IMG/VR virus record: IMGVR_UViG_3300009168_000008 | Coordinates: 456 to 64,455 of that record | Reading direction: 5' to 3' (one strand) | From: a virus | Taxonomy: Duplodnaviria > Caudoviricetes | DNA: 64,000 nt | Shown here: piece after piece, positions 38,832-50,065 of the stretch | How the letters are laid out: the number at the start of each line of letters is the position of its first letter | Position numbering within the stretch: the stretch's first letter is position 1 | Program-made: the position numbers and the translations under genes | Notes under the pieces: generated by a model | Database searches by the model: none | The model's input: the letters and a program-made list of their open reading frames with translations, nothing else | What the model was told of the DNA's origin: nothing

Positions 38832-40271
38832 TCATGGCGTCGCGGCCAGAGCCTTCTGCTCGTCGTAGGTGGCCGGGTAGTCGAACGCCGGAGCCGTCCC
38901 GGCTGGCCCGGTCGGTCCGGTAGGCCCCGCGGGACCGGGCACGGTGGAGGCTGGGCCTGTGGCCCCGACTGCGCCCGGTGCTCCGGTGGGGCCGGTCGGC
39001 CCGGTCGCTCCCGCCGTTCCTGGCGCACCCGTCGCGCCTGCCGTTCCCGGTGCCCCGGTGGGTCCGGTCGGGCCTGCGGGGCCTTGCGCGCCGGCGGTTC
39101 CTGGCGCACCCGTCGCGCCGGTCGGGCCGATCGCGCCAGCGGCCCCGGGTGCTCCGGTCGCTCCTGTGGCTCCCGTCGGGCCGGTTGGTCCGGCGATTCC
39201 CTGAGCCCCCGCCGTACCAGTGGGGCCAGTGGCACCGGTCGGGCCGGGCACCGTCGAAGCGGCACCAGTCGGTCCGGTAGGTCCGGGCACGACCGACGCT
39301 GCTCCGGTCGGCCCCGTGGGGCCTGGGACGGTCGACGCCGCGCCGGTTGGGCCGGTGGGGCCGGGGACCGTGCTCGCCGCGCCCGTGGGACCAGTCGGAC
39401 CCGTCGGGCCGATGCCACCGGCCGCGCCCGGAGCACCCGTGGGCCCGGTGGGTCCGGGGACGACAGAGGCTGCGCCGGTCGCGCCCGTGGGCCCGATCGG
39501 ACCTTGGTCTCCTTGCGCCCCGGTCAGGCCGATGGGTCCGGTCGCGCCGGTCGCCCCGACCACGCCCTGCGGTCCCGTCGCACCGGTCGGGCCGATGCCT
39601 CCGGTGGGTCCAGTCGGGCCGGGGACGATCGAGTCGGCACCGGTCAGGCCGATGGGGCCGGTCGGACCAACGGCACCCGTCGCCCCGGTGAGTCCGGTCG
39701 CGCCCGTCGGACCAGTCGGGCCGGTCGGGCCGCGGATCGCACCGACGTCGACCCAGGCCGTGCCGTTCCACACCCAGCCGTGGCCGGTGTCGTTGGAGAT
39801 CCACATGTCGCCGGGGTTGCCGGTCGGCGGCAGGCCAGCGGGAGCAGCGGGCACCGAGCCGACGATGGTGACACCGGTCCCGGCCGCGCCCGTCTCGCCG
39901 GTCGGGCCGGTCGGTCCCACGGCCCCTGTTGCGCCCGTCGCACCCGTCGCGCCGGTTGGCCCTGCCGGTCCTGCCGGGCCGGTCGGTCCCGGGACGATGG
40001 AAGCGGCACCGGTCGCTCCGGTCGGTCCGGGTACGGTGCTGGCCGCACCCGTGGGGCCGGTCAATCCTGTCGGCCCTGTTGCGCCGGTCGGCCCCACGGG
40101 ACCAGTTGGCCCGGCGGGGCCAGCGCCACCGGTTGCGCCAGTCGCACCCGCCGGACCCGCCACCCCGGTCGCGCCCGTGGGGCCAGCGGCCCCGGTCGGA
40201 CCTGTGGGTCCGGTCGCCCCGCCCGATGCCGGAACCCACTGCCCGTTGACTCTGGCGTACAGGGTTCCCAT
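38832..40271 (-). CDS. Collagen-like fibre protein
   Basis: Long Gly-X-Y (GPT/GAT) tracts. Confidence 0.9.
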   Translation of the reverse strand: MGTLYARVNGQWVPASGGATGPTGPTGAAGPTGATGVAGPAGATGATGGAGPAGPTGPVGPTGATGPTGLTGPTGAASTVPGPTGATGAASIVPGPTGPAGPAGPTGATGATGATGAVGPTGPTGETGAAGTGVTIVGSVPAAPAGLPPTGNPGDMWISNDTGHGWVWNGTAWVDVGAIRGPTGPTGPTGATGLTGATGAVGPTGPIGLTGADSIVPGPTGPTGGIGPTGATGPQGVVGATGATGPIGLTGAQGDQGPIGPTGATGAASVVPGPTGPTGAPGAAGGIGPTGPTGPTGAASTVPGPTGPTGAASTVPGPTGPTGAASVVPGPTGPTGAASTVPGPTGATGPTGTAGAQGIAGPTGPTGATGATGAPGAAGAIGPTGATGAPGTAGAQGPAGPTGPTGAPGTAGATGAPGTAGATGPTGPTGAPGAVGATGPASTVPGPAGPTGPTGPAGTAPAFDYPATYDEQKALAATP

Positions 40272-40302
40272 CAGGCTCTCCCTCGGTCCCGGTCAGTCTT
40301 GC

Positions 40303-40485
40303 TCACGGCTGGTACCACAGCTCGACGTTGGGGTCGGTAGGCGGGGTGGGGCCGATCCACACCTCGTTGACCGAGCCGCCGCCGCCTCCGCCACCGCCCA
40401 TGGCGCGCCGCTCCTGCTGGGTCAGCCGCTTGTCGAAGTCCTTCAACAGCCCGGTCATGGTCTCGCGGTCGACGCCGTTCCTCAT
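40303..40485 (-). CDS. Small tail protein
   Basis: Coiled coil plus WIGPTPP...ELWYQP. Confidence 0.6.
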   Translation of the reverse strand: MRNGVDRETMTGLLKDFDKRLTQQERRAMGGGGGGGGSVNEVWIGPTPPTDPNVELWYQP

Positions 40486-41591
40486 GGCAGAGTCCCCGGC
40501 GGGAGGTCGGCGACCGAGCCCGGCGCAGCCACCGCGGTGAAGTTGACGACCTCGCCCTTCGGTGCCGTCTCTTCGACGCGCACCTCGTGGAGGCGGTGCC
40601 ACTCGCTGACCTTGCGGCACATCCGCGTGGCCACGGCGAGGAACCAGGCTCCGGGGATCATGTCCGGGATGGTCCACGGCGCGCCGGGGAGCAGCGTCGT
40701 GTTGGCCGGGATGACGATGGCCACCGGGGCGGGCGAACGGTCGGCGATGTTGCGCGCCGCCGTCTTGCTCCACGAGGCGATCTCGGCGGCGTCGGGCGCG
40801 GAGAGGTCGGAGTCGTCGAGGTTGGTGATCAGCCAGTCGATGTCGCCGTAGAGGTCGAGCATCGTCTGCGGCGCGCTGGCCGTGCCGGCGTAGCCCTCGG
40901 TGTTGGAGACGAAGCCCTGGGTCGCGGCCTGGTTGCCGTACTCGACGATGCGCGGGAACTGCGACAGGTGATCGTCGTGCAGCGTCGGGATGATCTTCCA
41001 GCGCAGGTGGACGTCCCAGTAGTAGATGTCACGATTGACCACCGTGTAGTCGGTGCCGTTGTCCTCGGCGTACTTGTCGAAGTCCTCCCAGGTGTAGTAC
41101 TGGAACGCCCCCACCTTGCGGGTGGTCGATGGCTCGTCCTCGTGGCGCACCGGGTGGAGGTGCGGGACCATCTTCCACGGGTCGCTGTTGCGGGCGTAGG
41201 TCTGCGAGCGCATCAGCCAGTCCATCCGGTCGAGCACGTTGCCGATGTTCGGGTAGCTCTGGTCGTAGCCCGTCCGCAGCACCGTGCGCTTGGCCACCCA
41301 GAGCATGTCCTCGGCGTAGACCTTCACGTTGTCCCACTCGTACTCGATGCGGGTGATCGGCCCCTGCCAGACCTCCACGCCGTCGCGCTCGATGTGGAGC
41401 TCGTGGAGGATCGTGCGCAGATCGCCGAGCAGGTCGCAGCAGTTCGTCGTGCCGACGGCGACGTAGCCCTCGGAGATGTTGTCGCGGATGCGGTTCCAGC
41501 GCACCGCCGTCGCCGGGGTCAACTCCCCGATCAGCGGCGAGCCACCGCGCCCGTAGACGAAGGCGCGATGCCTCCCGCAGGTGAACGCCAC
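40482..41591 (-). CDS. Minor tail protein (Tal/hub-like)
   Basis: Position; HELHIERDGVEVWQGPI. Confidence 0.75.
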   Translation of the reverse strand: MAFTCGRHRAFVYGRGGSPLIGELTPATAVRWNRIRDNISEGYVAVGTTNCCDLLGDLRTILHELHIERDGVEVWQGPITRIEYEWDNVKVYAEDMLWVAKRTVLRTGYDQSYPNIGNVLDRMDWLMRSQTYARNSDPWKMVPHLHPVRHEDEPSTTRKVGAFQYYTWEDFDKYAEDNGTDYTVVNRDIYYWDVHLRWKIIPTLHDDHLSQFPRIVEYGNQAATQGFVSNTEGYAGTASAPQTMLDLYGDIDWLITNLDDSDLSAPDAAEIASWSKTAARNIADRSPAPVAIVIPANTTLLPGAPWTIPDMIPGAWFLAVATRMCRKVSEWHRLHEVRVEETAPKGEVVNFTAVAAPGSVADLPPGTLP

Positions 41592-41592
41592 G

Positions 41593-41973
41593 TCACGCGC
41601 TCATCGCTTGCAAGGACACCTCGACCATCACGTCGACGGCGAGGGTTGGGTCTTGATCGAGGGTCAGCCGGTAGGTGCCGCGCGGGATCACCAGCGCCTC
41701 CGGCCGACCACCGTCGTAGGACTGGACGTAGTTGTGCAGGCGTCGCGCCTCGCCGTTGGCGTGCCCGGTGACGACGTTGCCCTCGATGTCGAGGAAAGCC
41801 CCGGCCGGGAGGCGTGGGACGATCCACCCGGCGACGAGGCTCTGGCCCTTCCACAGTCCGATCCGCAGTCGCCCCGCGCCGTCGTGGGCGAGCAGGCGGA
41901 TGCGCGGGATCACCTCGTCGAAGATGACCACCCGGTCGGTGTCGATGATCCGCTCGTCGCGCAGCCACCTCAT
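41593..41973 (-). CDS. Minor tail protein
   Basis: Position; ATGA overlap. Confidence 0.6.
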   Translation of the reverse strand: MRWLRDERIIDTDRVVIFDEVIPRIRLLAHDGAGRLRIGLWKGQSLVAGWIVPRLPAGAFLDIEGNVVTGHANGEARRLHNYVQSYDGGRPEALVIPRGTYRLTLDQDPTLAVDVMVEVSLQAMSA

Positions 41974-43139
41974 CCGGGCACCAACTCGGGCAGCGCCCAC
42001 GGGTCGTGGTACGGAGTGGGGACGGGTGGGGGCGGATCGTCGATCAGCATCTCGCCGTGCATCAGCCCGACGTTGGGGATGACGTAGGGCAGTGAGTACT
42101 GCACGGGATCGGCGCAGACGATGGTGAACTCGACCTCGGCCATCGCCCCGCCCGAGTGCATCGCCGGGTGTTGGAGGATCGTCGGGCCCTCGGTGACGCG
42201 CACGTTCTTGAACTGCCGCACGTACGGCACGACGCAGGCCTCGGCGCAACAGGACCACGGCGGCGGGCCACTCTTCAGCGTGTAGTAGTGGTTCGGCCAG
42301 GCGCACCACTCGTCGGACTCGGGTGGTGGCCCGACCTTGATGTCACCGTACGTGACCGGCCAGTAGTCCGGATTGCAGGCCGGCTCCGTTCGCAGCTCCA
42401 GGTAGTTCTCGGCCCAGCACGGTCCGGCCTCGGAGGCGACCCACGGGGGTGGGCCGGTGTCGAGGCGGAAGTACGTCTCGGGCCACATCGACCACTCGCT
42501 GTCGTCGGGTGGTCCCTCCTTGATGTCCCCGTACGTGTCGGGCCAGTAGTCGGGATCGCACGCCGGTTCCAGGCGGAGCTCGCGGTAGTTGACCGCCCAG
42601 CACGGGTTGGGCCGCGGCGAGGTCTCCTGCTGACACACGCACGGGCAGCAGTCGAAGAAGGTCATCGGGTCGCCCTCGCACAGACTGACGAACGTGGCGT
42701 ACTGCGCCCGCAGCCACGTGAGCCCGTACTGCAGAGCGCACTCGTCGAGGGCGATGGCGATGGCGCGCACGACGAGCGTGCGCGGGCCCATGTACGTCGG
42801 GCCGATGACGCCGCCGCCGGTGAGCCCCATCGTCACCGACGCCTGGCGGGTGGAGTTCTCCGCGCCCGTCACCTCGATGCCGATGACGCCGAGGAACCCG
42901 CCGGAGTCGGGGTTGGCCGCGGTGTACCACGGAGCGGGGTCGGCGACCGGGGAGACGAAGCCACCAGCCGAGCCGGGCATGATGATCAGTGCTTCGGGGC
43001 AGGTGTCGCACTCGTTGAGCCAGCAGATGCCGGCGTTCTCGGCGTAGGAGTAGGCGCGCTGGTTGTTGACGATCTCGTGGAGTTGCTGCCCGGCCATGAA
43101 CGGGTCCTCGGTGCCGATGGTGATATAGCCGGGGTACAC
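41970..43139 (-). CDS. Distal-tail-like protein with internal ~60-aa duplication
   Basis: Immediately after the TMP. Confidence 0.7.
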   Translation of the reverse strand: MYPGYITIGTEDPFMAGQQLHEIVNNQRAYSYAENAGICWLNECDTCPEALIIMPGSAGGFVSPVADPAPWYTAANPDSGGFLGVIGIEVTGAENSTRQASVTMGLTGGGVIGPTYMGPRTLVVRAIAIALDECALQYGLTWLRAQYATFVSLCEGDPMTFFDCCPCVCQQETSPRPNPCWAVNYRELRLEPACDPDYWPDTYGDIKEGPPDDSEWSMWPETYFRLDTGPPPWVASEAGPCWAENYLELRTEPACNPDYWPVTYGDIKVGPPPESDEWCAWPNHYYTLKSGPPPWSCCAEACVVPYVRQFKNVRVTEGPTILQHPAMHSGGAMAEVEFTIVCADPVQYSLPYVIPNVGLMHGEMLIDDPPPPVPTPYHDPWALPELVPG

Positions 43140-43147
43140 GGTTCCTC

Positions 43148-46100
43148 CTAGCCGACCATCGCCGCGGCGCGGTTGAGGGTCTGCACGGCAACGGCCTCGG
43201 GGTCGGCGCTCGTCAAGGTGAAGTACTGGTTGATCGGGCGCGGCATCCGCGACACGTTGCCCTCGGTACGCGCCGGGTGCTCGCCGCGCAGCAGTGCCGC
43301 CATCTCGCGGACCTCGGGGCTGACCCGGTTGAGCGGAAGCTGCAACGGGATGATCGCCTCGGCCAGCCCGCGCTCGCCGACGTGGACCATCTGGTCGCCG
43401 GAGACGATGCGCCCGGCCATCGCGTCGACGGTGGAGTTGCGGGTGACGGCATTGGTGGTGATGGTGACCGTGCGGTCGCGTGTCGCCATCAGGTTCGCCT
43501 GCACGTTGTCGATCTGCTGCATCACCAGCGCGTAGCCGTCGAGCTTGACCTTCGGCGAGGCGACCATGCCGCTGAGCCCGAGCATCTCGCGCTGGAGGGT
43601 GTCGAGCTTGGTCTTCACGCCGTCGTAGTCGGTGACGTTGATCGTCGGGTCGACGACCTTGTCGTTGATGGCGTCGAGCTGCTGGCCGACCACTCCGAGC
43701 GCCTGGATCACTGTGACGTAGGTGCTGATCTGGACGATGGGGTCGGCCACCTTCTTGCCGAGGGTGTCGACGTCTCCGCTCACGCCCTCCACCTTGGTCT
43801 TGGCGTCGGCCACCCCCTGAACCTCGACGCCCGGCTTGACCTTCTTGTCGTCGAGGTTGTCGAGGTCAGTGCTCGTCTGCTGCACGGCAGCAGCGGCCGG
43901 GGCAACGCCCTCGGTGCTGACGTAGGGGTTTGCCTCGTCCTCGTCGAGCACCTGCATCTGAGCGTGGATCGCCGCCCCATGTTCCTCCGCCGGGGTGATC
44001 CCGTCGATGAACACGTACGGGCGCGCCTCGACTCCATCCAGCTCGTCGGCGTCCATCTTGGCGGCGCGGAACTTCTCGCTCGCCGCGACGATCTCGGTGG
44101 TGACGACCTGGGGCTCGATGTGCGTGCCGTTGACCTCGTTGATCAGATCGATGAACTCCTGGCTGGTGACGAGCGCCGGATTGAGACCCAGCTGCTCGAA
44201 CTCGGTGATGACCGGATTGCCGGCGTCGTCGTAGAGCACCGTCAGGTCCTCGACGTTGAGCATCGCGTCGAGCAGGCCCGGGTTGCGGACGATCGTCTCC
44301 ATCGACTCCGGCGTGCCGAGCAGGGTGTCGATGTAGTCCGACGCCGCCTCCTCGCTGAGCCCGAAGCCGACGAGGTTGTCCTGCATCTGGTCGCGCATCG
44401 ACTGCATGTTGTTGGTGATCTCGGTGACGCCCAGGCCACCCTCGATGCCCGCTTTGCCGACGCCGATGATCTGGTCGGCCATCTCGAAGGCCACGTCTTG
44501 GAGGGCGCGCCCGGCCTCGTTGGCGAGGTTGAATCCGGTGGCGATGTGGTCGTTGGCGTCGACCACGTTGTTGCTGGCGTCGACGACCCGCTCCGACCAG
44601 CCTTCCATCGTCTCGGAGTTCTCGTCGGCCTTGCCGGTCACCCCGTCCATCAGGTCGATCATCTTGTCGAGCGTTTCCTCGGCGGCGGCGTTCGCCTCCG
44701 GCCAGTTCTGCTGAACGCCGAACAGCGTGTCGTAGACGTCCTGGAAGTCGGAGCCCGCGTCGGCGGCGTCGCGCACCTTGTCGCCGAGGTCGGCGAAGCT
44801 CTCGGTGACGTCGCTGGGGATGCCGAAATCGTTGCGGATGGCGATCCCGGCCGCCCTGCGCAGCTCCTCGGTCAGGCGCTGTTCGGCCTCCCATGCATCC
44901 ATCGCCGCGTCGCGCTCCTCCTTGCGCGCTGCGGCCAGTTCCTCGGCGGCGAGCTCGGCGTTGCTGGACTCGGCGGTGAGGCCGAACATCCCATCGGAGT
45001 ACTTGTTGGTGGCGTCGGCCGCGGCGTCGGTGGAGTCGATGACGCCATCGGTGATGTCCATGTACTCGTCGAACAGAGCGACTGCGCCAACGCCGGTGTC
45101 GATGATCTGGTCGAGCGTCGGCACGAGACCGAGGTTCGTGCGCGCCAGTTCGAGGTTGGCCAGAGAGGCGTCGTTGAGCGTCCTGGCGTGATCGATCGCC
45201 TGCGTGGCGACGGCGGTCATGTCGATCTTGCCCGCCGTCTCCTGGAGGTTCCACATCGACTCGGTCGTGGCGTCGAACTCTTCGCGGGAGATGCCGGCGG
45301 CCGTGGCGGCGTCTCCGAAGGTCGCCCATAGGCGGTCCTGTGTTTCGTCCAGACTCTTGCCCGCGGTGTTCAGGTTGGCGAGTTGGGAGCCGAGGTTGTG
45401 GAAGCCGTCACCGGCGAGGTCGGTCGAACCGCGCAGCTCCTCCATCTTGTCGGCGGCGTCGGAGCTGTCGCCCTGGAAGGCCTCGACGATCGAGCGGGCG
45501 TCGTCCATCGTCTGGTTCAGTGGCTTCATCGCCTCGCGCAACTCGGTCGACTGGTCGCCGGTGTTGGCGAGGGCGTCGTTCCACACCGCCGTCGACGCGG
45601 CGAGATCGCCGACGACGTGGTCGGCCGACTGGAACGTGGTCAACCCCGCTTCCAACGACGAGACCAGGGCGTCGATGTTCTTCTGCCCCTGATCGGTGTC
45701 GCCGGAGAAGTGCTCCCACAGGAACAGCCCGGCCGACAGGGCGATGTTGAGCCCGGCGATCCAGCCGGTACCGATGCCGATGCTCTTCATGGCGTCGTTG
45801 AGCGGACCCATCAGCTTCGTCACCACGATGACCTGACCGGCGAACTCCTTCATCGGGGCGGGCAGATGCTGGAACTGCTCGGACAGGAAGCCGAGCACCT
45901 GCACCGTGTTGGAAATGCCCTGGCCGATGTTCAGGTCGGAGAGCGCGCCGAGGAATTGGGCGATGCCGGGCAGGGCGTCGGCGATCTGCTGCGTCATCGT
46001 GCCGAAGTCGTTGCCCTTGTCGCCGGTGAGGATCTCCCAGGCTTCCTTCAGGCTCTGCACGATCGGGTCGAGGTCGATGATCGCCTGCTGGCCCTTCTCG

Positions 46101-48439
46101 AAGAACTCGGTCAGCGAGTCCTTGCCCTTGCCGCTCTCGAGGAACTCGTTCCACCTGACCATCACGTTGTCGAGCTGGGCGATGAAGTGGTCGCCAGGAC
46201 CCTTGCCCGAGCCGATGACGTCTCCGAGGGCGTCGCCGAAGTGGCCGACCATCTGGCTCCACAGCTTCAGGCTGTCGACGCCTTCCTGGAAGAACGAGGT
46301 CAGCTTGTCCGGGTTCTTGATGACCCAGTTCTTCAGCGCCTCCGCCCCGTCCTCCAACCAGCCGGTGAACTCCTCGGCGGCCGGGCCGGTGGTCTTGAGG
46401 AACGGCCCGAGCGTGCCGGCCAGGGCGACCACCGAGTCACCGGCGTTGTCGAGCGCAGGCTTCAACGCCAGCATCGTCCCGGACCAGTCGGTCTCCTCGG
46501 CGGCCTGGGCGACGCCCTTGAAGAAGCGGTTCATCGAACCGGCGGCGATGACCAGCGCCCCCTCGATGTCGGGCAGGGTCGTCTGGACGAAGGTGTTCAG
46601 CTCGGTGTCGAGCCCCTCGAACAGACCCGCCTGCACCTTCTCGCGGACCTCGGAGAAGCGGTCGCGCACCCCGGCGAAGGCGAGGGCGAACGACTGGGCG
46701 TGCGGCGAGAGATTGTCGAGGGCGTCGGCGACGTCGCCGGTCATCACCCGCATCGGGCGGCCCATCTCCTTCGCGGTGGCGAACTCGGTGTTGATCGCCT
46801 TGAGCGCGGCAGGCACGCCCTGGCTACCGACGAGGACGGCCGCCAGCCCAGCCCCGGCCGCGGCACCGGTCCCGGCGATCGCGCCGAGCGCGCCGCCGAT
46901 GGCGAAGAGGCCGGACGAGGCCACGGCGGTCGCCGCCGACGCCACTCCTTCCAGGCCCTGGGCGATGCCCGGCCCCCAGGTAGCGATGGCCGCCACGGCG
47001 AGCTGGCCGCCGTCCTGGAGGGCGTTGGCGAAGCCCTTGCTGAAGCCGCCCCCGGCCGAGTTGCCGCTGTCGGCGAAGCCCTGCTCCCAGTCCGGCCCGG
47101 AGAACAGCCCCTGGAGCTTGATCTTGGCCAGCGCCCACTTGCCGACCTTGATGTCGGGGACGATCTCGGCCTCGATCTGGCCCATCAGCTTGTTGATGAT
47201 CGCCTTCTTGCGAAGGATCTCGATCGGGTCGACATCGATCTTGGTGTCGAGGCTGATCTGCAACTTGCTGAGCTTGGCCAGCAAGAGCAGCGCCTCGGTC
47301 TCGGCGCGCTTGGTCTTCAGCCCGACAGCGAGCTCGATGTTGTTGGTCTCCTGCTCGATCCGCCAGGCCTCGATCCCAGCGTTGGCGGCGGCGATCTGCG
47401 CTCCGACCTCGATGTTGACCGCGTCCGTCTCCTCCTTGATCCGCCACGCTTCGAGCGCGGCGTTGATCTTGGAGACGTCGGTGCCCAGCCTGATGTTGAG
47501 GAGGCGGGCTTCCTCTGCCGCACGCCATGCGTCGATCCCGGCGTTGGCCCGGGCGATGTCGGCACCGATCGTGATGCTGACCGCATCCGTTTCCTCGGCC
47601 CGCCGCCATGCATCCATGGTGGCGTTGACCTTGGCGACGTCCGCGCCGATGGAGAGGCTGAGGCGATCCGCCTCCTGCTCGTCGCGCCACGTCTTGATGC
47701 GGCTGTTGATCGCCGCCATGTCGGCTTCGAGCTTCAACTCCAGCTTGAGGTCGTCGGCCTCCTGCTTCCTCCGCCACTTGGCGATGTTGGCGTTGGCCTT
47801 GGCGATCTGCACGCCGACCTCGATGTCGACGGCGTCGGTCTCTTCCTTCAACCGCCAGGCCGCCATGTTGGCATTGACCTTGCTGACATCGGCCCGGATG
47901 CCCAGGTTGATCTCGTCGAGCTCCTGCTGCTCGCGCATCGCGTTGATCCGCTCGTTGGCGGCGGCGATGTCCGCGCCAAGGCGGATGTCGATGGCGTCGC
48001 GGTCGTGGTCCTGCTTCCACGCGGCGAGGCGCTCGTTGGCGGCGGTGACGTCGAGGCCGATGGCGAGGTTGAGCGCGTCGGCTTCTTCCTTCTCGCGCAG
48101 CTCCTTCAGCTGCGCCTCCAACTTGGTCAGCACACCGTCGAGGGGCACGTCGATGGAGGTGGCCTCGATCTGCTCCTTCAACTCCCGCGCCCGCGCCCGG
48201 GCCTCGCGGCCGTCGATGCCGAGCACGATGTCGTCGACGGCCTCGAGCTCCCGGTTGATCGCGGCGACCACGTCCGCCATCGCCGCCAGGGTCTTCTTCT
48301 GGTCGAACTTGGCGAGTTCCTTGCCGAGCTCCTTGGCTCCGGCCTTGCCCGCCGTCCGCGCGCCGGCGGTGACCTGTGCCTTCAGCTTGCCGGTATCGGC
48401 ATCGACGGTTACCTCGATGCTGCCGACGTTGCGAGCCAC
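43148..48439 (-). CDS. Tape measure protein
   Basis: 1763 aa, Ala-rich helical, after the tail chaperones. Confidence 0.95.
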   Translation of the reverse strand: MARNVGSIEVTVDADTGKLKAQVTAGARTAGKAGAKELGKELAKFDQKKTLAAMADVVAAINRELEAVDDIVLGIDGREARARARELKEQIEATSIDVPLDGVLTKLEAQLKELREKEEADALNLAIGLDVTAANERLAAWKQDHDRDAIDIRLGADIAAANERINAMREQQELDEINLGIRADVSKVNANMAAWRLKEETDAVDIEVGVQIAKANANIAKWRRKQEADDLKLELKLEADMAAINSRIKTWRDEQEADRLSLSIGADVAKVNATMDAWRRAEETDAVSITIGADIARANAGIDAWRAAEEARLLNIRLGTDVSKINAALEAWRIKEETDAVNIEVGAQIAAANAGIEAWRIEQETNNIELAVGLKTKRAETEALLLLAKLSKLQISLDTKIDVDPIEILRKKAIINKLMGQIEAEIVPDIKVGKWALAKIKLQGLFSGPDWEQGFADSGNSAGGGFSKGFANALQDGGQLAVAAIATWGPGIAQGLEGVASAATAVASSGLFAIGGALGAIAGTGAAAGAGLAAVLVGSQGVPAALKAINTEFATAKEMGRPMRVMTGDVADALDNLSPHAQSFALAFAGVRDRFSEVREKVQAGLFEGLDTELNTFVQTTLPDIEGALVIAAGSMNRFFKGVAQAAEETDWSGTMLALKPALDNAGDSVVALAGTLGPFLKTTGPAAEEFTGWLEDGAEALKNWVIKNPDKLTSFFQEGVDSLKLWSQMVGHFGDALGDVIGSGKGPGDHFIAQLDNVMVRWNEFLESGKGKDSLTEFFEKGQQAIIDLDPIVQSLKEAWEILTGDKGNDFGTMTQQIADALPGIAQFLGALSDLNIGQGISNTVQVLGFLSEQFQHLPAPMKEFAGQVIVVTKLMGPLNDAMKSIGIGTGWIAGLNIALSAGLFLWEHFSGDTDQGQKNIDALVSSLEAGLTTFQSADHVVGDLAASTAVWNDALANTGDQSTELREAMKPLNQTMDDARSIVEAFQGDSSDAADKMEELRGSTDLAGDGFHNLGSQLANLNTAGKSLDETQDRLWATFGDAATAAGISREEFDATTESMWNLQETAGKIDMTAVATQAIDHARTLNDASLANLELARTNLGLVPTLDQIIDTGVGAVALFDEYMDITDGVIDSTDAAADATNKYSDGMFGLTAESSNAELAAEELAAARKEERDAAMDAWEAEQRLTEELRRAAGIAIRNDFGIPSDVTESFADLGDKVRDAADAGSDFQDVYDTLFGVQQNWPEANAAAEETLDKMIDLMDGVTGKADENSETMEGWSERVVDASNNVVDANDHIATGFNLANEAGRALQDVAFEMADQIIGVGKAGIEGGLGVTEITNNMQSMRDQMQDNLVGFGLSEEAASDYIDTLLGTPESMETIVRNPGLLDAMLNVEDLTVLYDDAGNPVITEFEQLGLNPALVTSQEFIDLINEVNGTHIEPQVVTTEIVAASEKFRAAKMDADELDGVEARPYVFIDGITPAEEHGAAIHAQMQVLDEDEANPYVSTEGVAPAAAAVQQTSTDLDNLDDKKVKPGVEVQGVADAKTKVEGVSGDVDTLGKKVADPIVQISTYVTVIQALGVVGQQLDAINDKVVDPTINVTDYDGVKTKLDTLQREMLGLSGMVASPKVKLDGYALVMQQIDNVQANLMATRDRTVTITTNAVTRNSTVDAMAGRIVSGDQMVHVGERGLAEAIIPLQLPLNRVSPEVREMAALLRGEHPARTEGNVSRMPRPINQYFTLTSADPEAVAVQTLNRAAAMVG

Positions 48440-48450
48440 GGCGAGGAATG

Positions 48451-49070
48451 CTAGACGGCGACCTCTTCGTGGTCGGCGACTACCGGCGGTGGCTTCACGC
48501 CGAACGCCGCGGCGAAGGCCATGAACGAGTCGCCCTCGGCCTCCTGCTCGGCCCTGCTCGGCTTGGTCGCGCCGCCGCCGAGCGGGCGCTCCAGCTCAGC
48601 GAGGAACCGCTCCGGGTCCTTCACCCGCTCCATGACCCAGGACTGGATGGCGTTGCAGAAGCGGTCGATGCTCAGTTCGAGGTAGTTGCCGGCACCGTGA
48701 CGGATCGCTTCCCCGTCGATTTGCGCCCAGTACCGTTCACCGTAGGCGACGAGACGGAGGACGGCTTGATAGGGCGGCCGGACCACTCTCCGATCAGGTC
48801 GTTGCTGATCTCGCTCAGCACGTCGATGTCCATGCCGTCGCGCAGGCGAGTCTCGATCTTCCGCCAGGAGGCGTCGTCGAGCACGTCGGCGAAGAACTCC
48901 AACAGGGCGTCGATCGAGCGCAACCCGCCCTTGGCCCCACCGCGGAAGAACAGCGACAGCTGGCCGGTGGTCGGGCACGTCGCCGTCATCTCGTCGTCGC
49001 CGAGCTTGAACTTGATCTTGTGGTCGTTGTTGAACACCGCCCGCCCGGTGGCGACTTCGTACTCTTTCAT
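48451..49070 (-). CDS. Tail assembly chaperones G (48672-49070) and GT via probable -1 frameshift
   Basis: Overlapping -1 frame ending at 48451; CGC CCT ATC near 48770. Confidence 0.7.
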
Positions 49071-49124
49071 GCTTCCCCTTCGGTCGATCCAGCATCGCGC
49101 AGCCGGATCGGGCGAGGTTAGCTA

Positions 49125-49556
49125 TCAGCCCAATCCCTGGGAGCCCATCACCGCAAGGAGCGCGTCGCGGAGGATGTGCTTGCCCTGACGACCACGGGTG
49201 CTGGGGACCGTGCGGCTCTCGCCCCGCCATCCGGTCCACGAGAACCGCTGCTGCTTGAAGCTCGGCTTGCGCCCTTCCTCGACGTACTCGGCGTGGGGCG
49301 CGCCGTTGTAGATCGTCGCCCTCACGCGATGGCCGTTGGAGCCGACCCTGTCCCAGCCCCACGACCTCTTGAACTGCCCGACTTCGCCACCGCGGTGATG
49401 GGCGTTCATCGGGTCGTTGACCGGGCTGGTGACGATCGCCTTGGTGGTCACCCGGTCGCCGATGTCGTCGCGCCAGTTCGACACCGCTCCGCCGGGCGTG
49501 TTCAGCGCCGAGATGATCGCCCGGTCGGAGATGTGGACCTCGACGTCGGCGGCCAT
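49125..49556 (-). CDS. HK97 gp10-like neck protein
   Basis: SPV..GQFKRSW...APHAEYVEEG...HILRDAL. Confidence 0.75.
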   Translation of the reverse strand: MAADVEVHISDRAIISALNTPGGAVSNWRDDIGDRVTTKAIVTSPVNDPMNAHHRGGEVGQFKRSWGWDRVGSNGHRVRATIYNGAPHAEYVEEGRKPSFKQQRFSWTGWRGESRTVPSTRGRQGKHILRDALLAVMGSQGLG

Positions 49557-50065
49557 CAGTCGATCGCCAGGTAGGCCGTCCAGAAGCCACCGACACAGCC
49601 ACCATCGGGGCCGACCGGCTGGTACCGCTCCGCCGCCACCTCGAGCTCGCAGCACCTGATGCCGTCGAGCAACGCCTGGGCATCCAACACCTGGGCCAGG
49701 ACGATCTCGGCCATCGCCACCGGTTCGATGATGTGGCCGTCGCTCGGCTGTGGCACGCAGCGCAATGCCCCGACCTCGATGGAGTAGGCGATCGGCTTGG
49801 CGCAGTGGAAGTCCACCGTCGGCACCGGGAACACCTCGTAGGGGAACACGCCGGTCAGGCGCACGTAGCCCATGCCGCAGGTGCCTGATCCGCACTCGCC
49901 GCAGTATTCCCACGACACCGCCGCGCCGGGGTACAGCCCACACCAACACGTCGGCCCCGCCCCGTTGACGGCGAGTTGGTTGCAGACGCAGTCGGCAAGG
50001 TCGATGAGGGCCGCGGCGATGCGCGGCGGCGCGATGGCGATCGGGTGGGTCGGGTGATCGTTCAT
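49556..50065 (-). CDS. Tail terminator/completion protein (Cys-rich)
   Basis: Position; [11 protein letters not shown]. Confidence 0.6.
   Translation of the reverse strand: MNDHPTHPIAIAPPRIAAALIDLADCVCNQLAVNGAGPTCWCGLYPGAAVSWEYCGECGSGTCGMGYVRLTGVFPYEVFPVPTVDFHCAKPIAYSIEVGALRCVPQPSDGHIIEPVAMAEIVLAQVLDAQALLDGIRCCELEVAAERYQPVGPDGGCVGGFWTAYLAID

Noticed and set aside
42250-42605. Duplication in the distal tail gene as a DGR template/variable repeat
   Set aside because: It is an in-frame tandem duplication with differences not restricted to adenines, and I found no reverse transcriptase.
45383-48524. Long plus-strand ORFs (1023 and 872 aa) and similar ORFs opposite other genes
   Set aside because: Antisense shadows of real genes in high-GC DNA, with no RBS or motifs.
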